From assembly GCA_964506075.1 (NCBI GenBank), contig CAZDKO010000005.1:1-62527 (forward strand): a DNA stretch of 62,527 bases, read 5' to 3'. A program made the translations under genes and the position numbers. Source of the stretch: an uncultured bacterium (lineage in GTDB: Bacteria; CAZDME01; JAYEMH01). The notes beneath the pieces were generated by a model. It saw nothing but the letters and a program-made list of their open reading frames with translations. It was not told the origin of the DNA and made no database searches. This document shows positions 1 through 9,643 of the stretch, piece after piece (position 1 is the first letter of the stretch; every line of letters starts with the position of its first letter).

Positions 1-72
1 GCTCTTATCAAAAAAATTTGAAAATCAACCGCTTGTACCTTACGCATGTATCAGGGGCACCTATTATAGGTT

Positions 73-3000
73 TTAACTTTTTAATCTCATATATATCTGT
101 TCATTATGCATCAGATTATCACACATTTTCAGACAGCCGATTTCAGAAAAATATAAATCGGTCTTGAGTAAATATTTAGCCCTGGCCCGGAATTCGTTAT
201 ATGGCGGGCTCATCCATATATCTTTAAAAGTCTGTTCATTTATATTCCCCATTATTTTTTTAACGGCCCGGCAGCAGGGGGCTATAGCCCCGTCAGCTAA
301 AACCCGGGTAAAAATCCAGCCGGCATAACAGGGTATCTGATTTACCCTTTGCCGGTCATAGTTTCCCGTTAGTCCGCTTTTCTCTTTTAAACGGGCAATA
401 AAACCGTCAAAATAATCCAATTCTATTTTTTTATCTTGAGCCAGCTCATGGTGCCTGTTTCTGATTATCCGGGTCATCTTTAAAACTTCCCCGGTCTCTT
501 TCTCATTTAAAATTAAAGCGTCTGTCGCTCCATCAATCGTATCTATCAGCGTAAAATATACTGCGTCTACCTGCATATCCAGGGCAAATCTGAACATTTC
601 TTCGACTTCCTTATAATTTAAATTACAAATGACGTTACATAAGGTGACAAAAGGCTTAGATTTTTTCCGGCTGGTAAGATACCTTAAATTTTTGTTTATC
701 CTTTCAAACATATCTTCTTGAGAATTAGGATGGGTTTTTTTATACGTTTCCTCGCTGGCGGCCCAGAGACTCACGGCTAATTCATCTACCTCTAAATCTA
801 TAAGCTTTCTTATTTTATCTTCGTCGACTAAAGAAAAATTGGTGGTTAAGCAGCATTTCAGTCCTTTAGCTTTTGTATATTCTATCAGGTCCATAAGGTT
901 AGGATGCATAAACGGCTCTCCGCCGCCGGTAAAACGAATTATTTTTGTTCCCAAATCAGAGAGTTCGTCAATAAGACGTCGGGCCGTTAAGAAATCTATC
1001 TCTTTTTTAAGCCACTGGCCGTTGGAGTTGTTTTTCAATAAAGGTGAATAAAGCCAGCAGCCGATACATTTTTCGTTACAGCGATTAGTTATATCAATAA
1101 CAACCTGCTCCGGGCCGCTAAAAGCCGTCCGCCCGTTAATGATGCCTTCTAATATTTTATCCTTACTAACGTTTTCACCTGGTTTAACAAAATTCAGTCT
1201 GGGTTTTTTTCTAATTCTGGCCAGCAAACGCAATAGACCCCGCTCTAAAGGGGTTAGAGACATTATCCGGTTATGTAAATAGATATTGCGGCCGATATCA
1301 TCACAGCTTTTATAACAACCGGCTTCTTTTATTTCCGGGTCATTCCCGATTAAATAAAAAAAGGGGTCATTTTTTTCATAGACCAGCGTTTTCCGGCGAA
1401 AATATTGCTGTTTTTCCCCGTTCCAGATTTGACTGAAACTATTATGATAAAGATTACCGACCGGAATCCGGTGGGCTTTAAGACAGGAATTAACGTTGCC
1501 ATCAGGCATAATCCGGCTGAAACACCAGCCGATATAACAGGGCATTTTATCAATTATATTACGGTCATAAGTGGCTTTAGATAAATCATTGGACGAACAG
1601 ATACGGCGTAAAAACGAATCAAACCTGAACAGCAAAACCTCATCCAGACAACCCCGCTTGTCTAAATTATCATTAAGACTTTTAGCCTTATCCTGCAATA
1701 TTTTTATCTGTTGGGGATTTAAAAGTAATTTATCTGTCTTACCCGGAACCGTATCAATTAAAGCAAATTCGACTGATTCAGAACCGGTCTCTCTGGCAAA
1801 ATCAACTATTTCTTCAAGCTCGTGATAATTAAGATTAAAAATAACATTGTACAGTTTTATGTAAGGTGTTCGTCTTTTCGCACTGTTAAGCAAAGTAAGA
1901 TTTGCCTTAATCTGGTTAAAAGTCTCTTCACTTTTATTGGGATGGGTAGCTGCGTAAGTCTGGGGGGTACCGGCCCAGGTGCTCACGGTTAAATGGTCCA
2001 GCCCTATCTCTATTATTTTTTCTATTTTCTCTTTATCCAATAAAGTGAAATTAGTGTTAACGTAACAGGTGAAATTCTTTTTCTTGGCATAAACTAAAAT
2101 ATCCATAATTTCCGGATGCATAAACGGTTCTCCCCCTCCGGAAAAATATATTTCTTTAGTTCCCATCGGTGATAATTCATCAAGTAATTCTTTCAATAAA
2201 CTGAACGGCAAAAATTGTTTCTTTACCCGGGGAGGGATAGCTTTTTCTTCCAGGAGAGGCGAATTACACCAGCAACCGATACAATTGTTATTACAATCAT
2301 TGGTCAAATCAATCTGAACGTGAAGCGGCCCTTTAAAGGCATATTGACCGTTAAAAACCCCGAGAATATCAAGATAATTTTGGACCAATCTTCCGGAACC
2401 GATGTGGTTTATAAGCTTTACGCTTGAATCTATGAAACCGATAGTTTTGAATTTATCTCTTAACTGCTTGAAACTGGAAGGCTGTCTATAAATGTTTTCA
2501 GATAAATCTCTGTTACCTTTAAGTAAACCGCTATGTCCTTCCGGAACAAAAGCGAAACTATGGATGTGCGGTACATAACCTTTCGTATGAATTTTAAAGG
2601 TGTGTTCACCTTCACTGATATCCAATGAGGTTTCTTTAAACCAGCGTAAATTTTTACTCATCCACCCCGAAGTTACATCTTTTAATGCTTTTTCCTTGAT
2701 CACCTTTCCGTCAAAATAAAACCTGACCGGTCGAATTTCATCCGTAGCGTAATACGACCAGAATTCATATTTGCCCGGGCTTCTAAAATTCACTTTGTAT
2801 TCGGCGAAACCAAATTTTTCCCCTCCGTCTATCACTATACCTTCTCCGAATTTATGGTCTTTTAAATTGAGGTTGCCTGACTGGAAATTAGCGGCGGGAA
2901 TAATAATTTCCCCTTTTGTTTTCGGAGAATCTTCCACCAGATTTTCCTTAATCTGTAAATTCATACCGACATTATCACAGGATTTATAACAGTTGATACT

Positions 3001-4341
3001 TCTAAAATAAGAATCACTCTTGGGAAAATTTTTAGCTTTATGTCTGAAATTCCGGTACGGTTCAGAATTCCATATTTCCAAAAATCTATTTTCGTAAATA
3101 TTACCTAATTTTTTAGTCACGGCTTTACAGCACGGGATAACCTCTCCGGTAGAAAGAATCCTGGAATAAATCCACCCGACATAACAGGGAAGATTATCAA
3201 TAACTTCTTTTTCATAAATCTGTTCATATATATTCGCCGAGTTTAACCGGCGAAGAAAAGAACCAAAACCAAGCGTGGTTAAAAAATTATAGGTAATTTT
3301 ATTATCTTTATCTACAAAGCAGGATTCCTGAAACGCCGGACAATTCCGGCAACTTTCCTCCGGGAAATTGAAGGTCACCTTATTATCAATCTCATTAATA
3401 AAAGGATTGGTCTTGGTTGGTAAAGTGGCGGTGCCATTTGAACAGACTAATGAATGTAAGGCTTCTTCGCCTATTCCTTCGGTATACTGTATCCATTCTT
3501 TAAGGATAACGCCCGGCTGAACCTTTATAAAACGCCCGGCAAATTCTTTCAATTCCTTATCCCGCTGGGCCATAAACCCTTTTAATCCCAATTCCCTGAA
3601 ATATAGATCCTTTCGTCCCTTTAAATCTTTGAACTGTTTTTTAATCTCTTTTATCTGATGGGGAGACAAAGCCAGAAATGACGTTTCTCCTTCAATGATA
3701 TCCATTATTTGAAATTCAACAAACTCCACCTGTGTTTCCAGAGCAAAATCAATCATTTCCGAAATTTCTTCATAATTCAAATTACAGATTACGTTATAGA
3801 TTTTTATATGAGGGAGGTATTGACATTTTCTGTTTTTTAATTCGGAAATTGCCTTAAGACTGTTTTTTATCCTGTAGAAATCCTCTTTTTGCCGGCTGGG
3901 GTGTGTTTTTACGTAGGTTTCCGGTGTAGCCGCCCAGATACTGGCCGTAATCATATCCACGCCTAAATCTATCATTCTTTCGGATTTTTGTTCATCAAGC
4001 AGGGTACAGTTGGTAATGACGTTTAATTTGAACCCATTCTCTTTAATCAGGGTTATGACTTCTAAAATATGAGGATGTAAAAACGGCTCACCGGCTCCGG
4101 AAATAAAAATTTCTTTTGTCCCCAGTTTCTTTAAATCTTCAATTAATGTTTTGACCTTTTCATAGGGTAAACTGGAATCTTTATCTGCCGGACGATTTTT
4201 TACAAAGGGAGAGTGCACCCAGCAGCCGATACAATCGTTATTGCATTTACCGGTAAGGTCAATTTGAACAATACCCGGTCCGATAAAAGCCTGCCGGCCG
4301 TCTTTTATTCCTTTTATAACTAATTGATTAATCGTCTCCAT
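73..4341 (-). CDS. Triple radical SAM/twitch polyprotein (1422 aa) with an internal CBM6/35-like beta-sandwich
   Basis: Three CxxxCxxC motifs (KCNNDCIGC at 4222-4245, DCNNNCIGC at 2272-2295, RCNEKCIGC at 1057-1080). Each is followed by GxGEPF and a PCYxGW...C...C-x3-CD auxiliary-cluster tail. A ~125-aa aromatic-rich beta domain lies at ~2540-2910. Confidence 0.9.
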   Translation of the reverse strand: METINQLVIKGIKDGRQAFIGPGIVQIDLTGKCNNDCIGCWVHSPFVKNRPADKDSSLPYEKVKTLIEDLKKLGTKEIFISGAGEPFLHPHILEVITLIKENGFKLNVITNCTLLDEQKSERMIDLGVDMITASIWAATPETYVKTHPSRQKEDFYRIKNSLKAISELKNRKCQYLPHIKIYNVICNLNYEEISEMIDFALETQVEFVEFQIMDIIEGETSFLALSPHQIKEIKKQFKDLKGRKDLYFRELGLKGFMAQRDKELKEFAGRFIKVQPGVILKEWIQYTEGIGEEALHSLVCSNGTATLPTKTNPFINEIDNKVTFNFPEESCRNCPAFQESCFVDKDNKITYNFLTTLGFGSFLRRLNSANIYEQIYEKEVIDNLPCYVGWIYSRILSTGEVIPCCKAVTKKLGNIYENRFLEIWNSEPYRNFRHKAKNFPKSDSYFRSINCYKSCDNVGMNLQIKENLVEDSPKTKGEIIIPAANFQSGNLNLKDHKFGEGIVIDGGEKFGFAEYKVNFRSPGKYEFWSYYATDEIRPVRFYFDGKVIKEKALKDVTSGWMSKNLRWFKETSLDISEGEHTFKIHTKGYVPHIHSFAFVPEGHSGLLKGNRDLSENIYRQPSSFKQLRDKFKTIGFIDSSVKLINHIGSGRLVQNYLDILGVFNGQYAFKGPLHVQIDLTNDCNNNCIGCWCNSPLLEEKAIPPRVKKQFLPFSLLKELLDELSPMGTKEIYFSGGGEPFMHPEIMDILVYAKKKNFTCYVNTNFTLLDKEKIEKIIEIGLDHLTVSTWAGTPQTYAATHPNKSEETFNQIKANLTLLNSAKRRTPYIKLYNVIFNLNYHELEEIVDFARETGSESVEFALIDTVPGKTDKLLLNPQQIKILQDKAKSLNDNLDKRGCLDEVLLFRFDSFLRRICSSNDLSKATYDRNIIDKMPCYIGWCFSRIMPDGNVNSCLKAHRIPVGNLYHNSFSQIWNGEKQQYFRRKTLVYEKNDPFFYLIGNDPEIKEAGCYKSCDDIGRNIYLHNRIMSLTPLERGLLRLLARIRKKPRLNFVKPGENVSKDKILEGIINGRTAFSGPEQVVIDITNRCNEKCIGCWLYSPLLKNNSNGQWLKKEIDFLTARRLIDELSDLGTKIIRFTGGGEPFMHPNLMDLIEYTKAKGLKCCLTTNFSLVDEDKIRKLIDLEVDELAVSLWAASEETYKKTHPNSQEDMFERINKNLRYLTSRKKSKPFVTLCNVICNLNYKEVEEMFRFALDMQVDAVYFTLIDTIDGATDALILNEKETGEVLKMTRIIRNRHHELAQDKKIELDYFDGFIARLKEKSGLTGNYDRQRVNQIPCYAGWIFTRVLADGAIAPCCRAVKKIMGNINEQTFKDIWMSPPYNEFRARAKYLLKTDLYFSEIGCLKMCDNLMHNEQIYMRLKS

Positions 4342-6760
4342 TGGCGTATCGTTTTCTTTTTATCCAGATAAATCCTAAATAATCCAGGGTTTTTAAAACT
4401 GCTGAACGGAATCCGTGTCCTTTCAAATATTTTCTAAATCTTTCCAGATCCCCTCTAAGCCCTCTTTTCTTTCTAATATGCTCTCCCCATAGACGATAAG
4501 CAGACCTTTTCGCTCTCTCTAAATCTTGAGCCGTAAGATTATCGGGCTTAAAAACACAGTGATAATGCCCGTCATACTGGGAATAATCTTTAACTAAAAT
4601 TCGTCCCTGCTTATCCAGCTCCTCAAAAAGTTTTGTTCCCGGGAAAGGAGTAAGGATGGAAAACTGGACCGAATTAGGCTCTAAACCTATAGCGTAATCA
4701 ATAGTCCGGCGAATGCTTTCTTTGGTTTCCCCGGCTATTCCAAAAGTAAAAGTTAGGTGAGTTTTTATACCTAATTCTTTGGTCTTCTTTATCATTTTAT
4801 CCGTTTTCTGAAAATCCATATTTTTATGGCAGTTATTCAGCAACTCATTGGATATTGATTCTACCCCGTATTTAACCGCCCATAACCCCGCAGATTTCAT
4901 TTTTTTAAGTATTTCTTCATCCATTAGATCGGGTCTGGCCATTATTGCCCAGGGGGTATCCTGCAATTTTTTCTCCTTTACCAGCTGGCAAAACCGGAGC
5001 ATCCTTTCTTTCCCGACGTTAAACGTATCGTCGTCAAAATAAACGGATTTAAAGTTTCTCTCTTTAATTAAATATTCCATTTCCTCCACCACGTCTGTAA
5101 CCGAACGCGTCCGGTAATGACTCCCTTGATACATCACCTGAGGCCAGAGACAGAAATTACAGCCAAAAGGACAACCACGGGAAGCCAGCATCTGCACGGA
5201 AGGTAAAGGAATGTTACCGGGAAGATCCCAGTATTTGTTCATCGGCAGTTGTTTCCGGTCGGGCCAGGGAAGAAGGTTTATATCCGATAAAGCTCTTTTG
5301 GGGTTCTTAAATATTTTTCCGCCTTGGCGATATATTAACCCTTTCACCTTGGCTAAATCCTTTCCTGATTTAAGATGTTGTATTAATTCCAATAAAGTGA
5401 ATTCGTATTCGCCATAAAGAACAAAATCTACAAATAAATTTTTCTTCAAGAAATTTTCCGTATAAATTTCTGAATTAGGCCCGCAAAGAATTATACTGAT
5501 TCCCGCTTTGTGTATTCTTTCAAGCATCCGCAAATCATCGTAAAATGATGGAACCGAAGTTTCTGTTACCAGATAATCAAACGTCATATTCAATATCTTT
5601 TCCATAAGAACATCTTCAGGCATTTCTTCAGCTATGGCATCAATTATCGTCACCTCAATATTATGTTTCTGCAGTAAAGAGGCGGCATAGGCAAGAAAGA
5701 AAGGGAAAGGTAAATAGTCGCCTTCACTTTTATCTTTAATGTGCGGCCAGCGGGAACCAGCCCGTACCCCCCATTGACCATTCCTCTGCCAGGGGAGATT
5801 AACCAATAATAAACTTATTTTCTTACGTGCGGATTTTTTTCTACCCTTAACAATCTCTCCCTTCATGATAGAGCGTAATAGATTCTGTCTTAAAAATTCT
5901 ATCTTTTCATCCAGAGAATAATTATCCTCAAATAAATTTATTTTTGCTGAGAAAAAATCATATTTACCCGCGGTATAATCTTTTCCTTTTCCAGGATGAT
6001 TTCCACCGCCATTTTTTCTAAAGCCGATGAGATGGGCGTTAATTTCCAGGGGGGCATTTTGAATCACCGGGTAAACATCTTTTGATTTATTCGGTGACAG
6101 CTCTAAAGTAAAAGACGGCAGAGACACCGCTTCTTTCGGAAATCTTACTCCGACCAGGCAACTTGGCGTTTCATCCAGAGGGACGTTATACCAGACGGGC
6201 GTTAAACGAGGAAAATCCGCTTGTTTGTAATTATTTATCCAGCTTTTATAGTTGGGGGAGAGAAGACAAACCATACACATCTCGTCAATATAGATGTCAT
6301 CCTGAACGAACATCTCTATCTGCCAGCTGATTTCCTGAGACTTTTCTATCTTTAAATGCCAGACCTGGGTGATGGGTAAATCCTCAAATTTAACCTCTAA
6401 CTTAAAACAATCTACGCCTTTTTCTAAAACCTTCCACCTGGCTTTGGAAGAATCGGTCCAGAATCCCAAGCTATTTATCCCTGCATTTAAACCCACCCCC
6501 TGCGTCACTTCAGCTTCGTCCAGATAAACATTTAAACCGTATCCGGAACAGACAATTTTAATTTTCCCCTTACTAATCACACCGTCTGGAATTTGAACTA
6601 TCTCTTTAATGTTTTTTCCCTGTCCGGCTCTAATTCCTATTTTTTGTAACGTTTTTTTAACCTTAAAGATTAAATATTTCAGTCCTCTGAAGAAAGCATA
6701 AAGGATTCCCCCGCTCCTTAAATGTTCCTTCAATTTATAATAATTAGATTTTAAAGCCAC
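4328..6760 (-). CDS. B12-binding radical SAM protein (810 aa) with an N-terminal ~220-aa beta-rich domain
   Basis: GTG start. Contains LLVNLPW...RAGSRWP...PFFLAYAA (cobalamin-binding-domain-like), GEYE, SRGCPFGCNFC, YFDDDTF, GVES and TPFPGT. The N-terminal domain aligns with the Wzt tail repeats and with the N-terminus of 27341..29596. Confidence 0.88.
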   Translation of the reverse strand: MALKSNYYKLKEHLRSGGILYAFFRGLKYLIFKVKKTLQKIGIRAGQGKNIKEIVQIPDGVISKGKIKIVCSGYGLNVYLDEAEVTQGVGLNAGINSLGFWTDSSKARWKVLEKGVDCFKLEVKFEDLPITQVWHLKIEKSQEISWQIEMFVQDDIYIDEMCMVCLLSPNYKSWINNYKQADFPRLTPVWYNVPLDETPSCLVGVRFPKEAVSLPSFTLELSPNKSKDVYPVIQNAPLEINAHLIGFRKNGGGNHPGKGKDYTAGKYDFFSAKINLFEDNYSLDEKIEFLRQNLLRSIMKGEIVKGRKKSARKKISLLLVNLPWQRNGQWGVRAGSRWPHIKDKSEGDYLPFPFFLAYAASLLQKHNIEVTIIDAIAEEMPEDVLMEKILNMTFDYLVTETSVPSFYDDLRMLERIHKAGISIILCGPNSEIYTENFLKKNLFVDFVLYGEYEFTLLELIQHLKSGKDLAKVKGLIYRQGGKIFKNPKRALSDINLLPWPDRKQLPMNKYWDLPGNIPLPSVQMLASRGCPFGCNFCLWPQVMYQGSHYRTRSVTDVVEEMEYLIKERNFKSVYFDDDTFNVGKERMLRFCQLVKEKKLQDTPWAIMARPDLMDEEILKKMKSAGLWAVKYGVESISNELLNNCHKNMDFQKTDKMIKKTKELGIKTHLTFTFGIAGETKESIRRTIDYAIGLEPNSVQFSILTPFPGTKLFEELDKQGRILVKDYSQYDGHYHCVFKPDNLTAQDLERAKRSAYRLWGEHIRKKRGLRGDLERFRKYLKGHGFRSAVLKTLDYLGFIWIKRKRYANGDD

Positions 6761-6800
6761 TTTTTCCCTCTCCTTTTTATACTTTTATTACCTTAATTAG

Positions 6801-8588
6801 TTAGCTGCCTGCCAGATCATTTCCATTTATTATTTTCATCAAATAGATAAACACTTCTTCCTGAAGCTGATTCTCATAAAGGTTTTGAAATTTAATCTTC
6901 AAACTTGCATCTTTTCCCTGAGGAAACAAATAAGCTTCGGGATTTTCTATTTTCTCGCTGGTAATCAGAATCATAAAATCAGATTCGGATAACGTCGCAT
7001 AATAAGTATCCGAAAGATTCCAGAACCTTCTGGTCTGGGAGTCCCCCTTCAAAGAAATTTTAATTAAATGTTCCATTTTAACGGTTTTATCAGTAACCCA
7101 AAAAGCCTGGAATCTGGCTGAATCTTTATCTAAAAAGGCAATGCTAACCATATCTTCTCCCGGGATATAGCTATTGTTAATTTTCTCCGCAATTTGCTCC
7201 GCTATTTCTACCCGTTTTGAAGGTATTGGTTGATGAGAAATTATCCCTCCGGAATGCAATTTCTCAAGGAAATGTTTCTTGCCCGGCGCGGAGAAATACG
7301 AATAATAAATTACCGTTAAGATTCCCAGAATAAAGACAATAATTTTTGTAAAGTCTTTTTTTCTGGAATCAGCGCCGACAAAAAATCCGGAACATAAAGA
7401 TAATACCGGAAGAAGGGGAATGATGAATTTACCCCATTTAATATGGTAAAGGGTTAACAATATATAACCGCCAACTCCCCATACAGCCATAAAGGGTTTT
7501 ATCCCGGTATTTATCAGCCTGCTTTTCTTAAACAAAGAAACGCAAGAAACAACGGCTAACAGGAAAAATAAAGGAGAGGTGAAATAGATAATTTCAAAAA
7601 AATAAAACATAAAAGTTTTAACGTTAAACCCGACGTTGGTAGTCTGGGTACACGGGCAGAAAGAATCCTGTTTGGCCATAAGGAAAGATTCAATGACAGC
7701 GTTATCAGCACTGCCGATAAAGTCGGTGGATTGAAGCGTTAATTTCTGCCAGGCCTCATTGAAACTCTCCGTAAGACTGGTAAAAACCCTAAGATATTCA
7801 CCGCTACAATAGAAATGGAAAAACAGGAAAAATAAAAGAAGGAAAGAACCGGTTTCGAATAAACCGGTCAATTTTTTCCCGTTTTTACGAAAGGTCAGGA
7901 TACTAAAAAAATGAAATAAAATCAGCGGAATAAAGAAGACGAGGAAAAGTCCTCCTGATAAAGTTCCTAAAACACCGATAATCAGTAAGCCCGGAATCCT
8001 TATAGACTGCCTGAGTGTCTTCCAGCGGATAAAAATAATTACGGAAAGCACTATAAATAAAGTAATTATTAATTCTGAATTAATCATTCTGGAAATACCG
8101 CATACGCCCGGATAAAAAGAAAATATAACGGCGGACCAGGCCCCGGCTGAACGGTGGAAAACAATTTTACCTAAACAGTATATCGCTAAAAGAACCAATA
8201 CCCATTGACTGAACATTATCATATTAACCCAGAATAACTTCTGGGTAGTTTGCAGGTTTGCCGCCAGTGGAAAAGCGATAAAAAAAGTAGAGAGATTAAA
8301 ATTAACGGGCTTAAAAACGTAATCAGAATGGGCTAAAGTAAAGATCTCAAAGGTTTTAAAAATCTTTCTGGCCGGTGAATAATCGCCGTTTCGCAATACA
8401 CTAACATATTCCAAAGCCCTTTCTTCCAGCCAGACGGAATGAGCCCCTTCACTTACCAGACCGCTTTTCTGCCACCAGACTATGTTATTAAAAAGATGAA
8501 AGAGTATAATAATGGCCAAAAGGCCCCGGCTATCAAAGAATTGGTTTATTAAACGGTAATTCTTTTTTTCTTTCAAAATTTGCCTCAC
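6801..8588 (-). CDS. Polytopic membrane glycosyltransferase-like protein (GT-C/ArnT-PMT-like), paralogue of 25546..27327
   Basis: Multiple hydrophobic segments; IYCLGK...AGAWSAVIFSFYPG pattern typical of GT39/83-like proteins; FIIPLLPVL; soluble C-terminal tail. Confidence 0.7.
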   Translation of the reverse strand: MRQILKEKKNYRLINQFFDSRGLLAIIILFHLFNNIVWWQKSGLVSEGAHSVWLEERALEYVSVLRNGDYSPARKIFKTFEIFTLAHSDYVFKPVNFNLSTFFIAFPLAANLQTTQKLFWVNMIMFSQWVLVLLAIYCLGKIVFHRSAGAWSAVIFSFYPGVCGISRMINSELIITLFIVLSVIIFIRWKTLRQSIRIPGLLIIGVLGTLSGGLFLVFFIPLILFHFFSILTFRKNGKKLTGLFETGSFLLLFFLFFHFYCSGEYLRVFTSLTESFNEAWQKLTLQSTDFIGSADNAVIESFLMAKQDSFCPCTQTTNVGFNVKTFMFYFFEIIYFTSPLFFLLAVVSCVSLFKKSRLINTGIKPFMAVWGVGGYILLTLYHIKWGKFIIPLLPVLSLCSGFFVGADSRKKDFTKIIVFILGILTVIYYSYFSAPGKKHFLEKLHSGGIISHQPIPSKRVEIAEQIAEKINNSYIPGEDMVSIAFLDKDSARFQAFWVTDKTVKMEHLIKISLKGDSQTRRFWNLSDTYYATLSESDFMILITSEKIENPEAYLFPQGKDASLKIKFQNLYENQLQEEVFIYLMKIINGNDLAGS

Positions 8589-8600
8589 AGGGTCTACTAA

Positions 8601-9599
8601 TTAGTTTATTACCGGCTTGTTTTTTTCAAAAAAACAATTAATCATTTGTTTGCAATTCTTCCGGCAGGTTTTTATCTCATTCCTTACTTCCTCGGCCTTC
8701 TTCCCAAACCATATTTTATTTATATCTCCTTCTCTAATGTTACCGATGGGGTCCATTTCAAAGCAAAGATATATCCAGCCGTAGGAATCCACCGCAAAAG
8801 AATTATAGCCTAAATCACAACTATTTTTTAAAAACCGGTCAGGAAAAGAAAAATATGATTTAAAAATTTCAAATTGTCCGAACGGATTATCAATTTTATA
8901 CCCGTTTTTTTTCAATCTGGCCAAATCATCAATAACGGCCATGACTTGCTCAGGATTTCCGGGCCAGAGAAAGTTGAACTCGTCTTTTTTATACCAATTT
9001 TCATCCGGCGGACTAAAGAATGGCTGCATAAGCGCCTGGAAGTAAATTGAATGAATCCTCTTACGGCTATCAACCCATTTAACCAGGTCAACAAGGTCAT
9101 TTAAGTTTAAAGCCGATATGGTGGTGACGATGTGAATCCGGGGTAATTCGGAAGAAAGCTCGGTAAAATAATCAATAGCCTTTATTACTTTTTCATAGAC
9201 CCCTTCCACCCCTCTTAAATAATCATGGGTCTTTGAATTTAAACTATCCAGGGATAAAACTAAATTCTGAAGACCTGAGGTTACAAGTTCTCTCGCTTTT
9301 TCCCGGTTGATTAAAAATCCGCTCGTTGTCATCACCGGGAGAAAATTGTTTTCGGCCGTTACCCGGATAAGGTCTGTAATTCCTTTTTTCATCATCGGCT
9401 CTCCTCCAACCAAGAGAACTTCAGATTTTTCTCTGGCAAAATTCTTTAAAGAGTTAATAAAATCCATCCATCCCCGAGCCGGGATAGTGTCGGGGTCGTC
9501 ATTACACTTCCACATATGACACATTTTACATTTAAGCAGGCAATTTCTTAAGATTACTAAATGGCATTGAGACGGATATTTTTCTATTAGATTATCCAT
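8601..9599 (-). CDS. Radical SAM/twitch protein, array family member
   Basis: CLLKCKMCHMW, GGEP, SLDSL..HD.LRG, WY...LWP motif, and C-terminal C-x17-C...CRKNCKQMINC. Confidence 0.9.
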   Translation of the reverse strand: MDNLIEKYPSQCHLVILRNCLLKCKMCHMWKCNDDPDTIPARGWMDFINSLKNFAREKSEVLLVGGEPMMKKGITDLIRVTAENNFLPVMTTSGFLINREKARELVTSGLQNLVLSLDSLNSKTHDYLRGVEGVYEKVIKAIDYFTELSSELPRIHIVTTISALNLNDLVDLVKWVDSRKRIHSIYFQALMQPFFSPPDENWYKKDEFNFLWPGNPEQVMAVIDDLARLKKNGYKIDNPFGQFEIFKSYFSFPDRFLKNSCDLGYNSFAVDSYGWIYLCFEMDPIGNIREGDINKIWFGKKAEEVRNEIKTCRKNCKQMINCFFEKNKPVIN

Positions 9600-9643
9600 T
9601 ATTTCTTTTATTCAGGCGGACGTTTGTTCCCGAAAGTTTTAGA

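Noticed and set aside
4328-6760. Hopanoid-associated HpnJ-type call for the B12-rSAM (GSRW motif)
   Set aside because: No hopanoid genes are in the window, and the N-terminal domain ties the protein to the Wzt locus instead.
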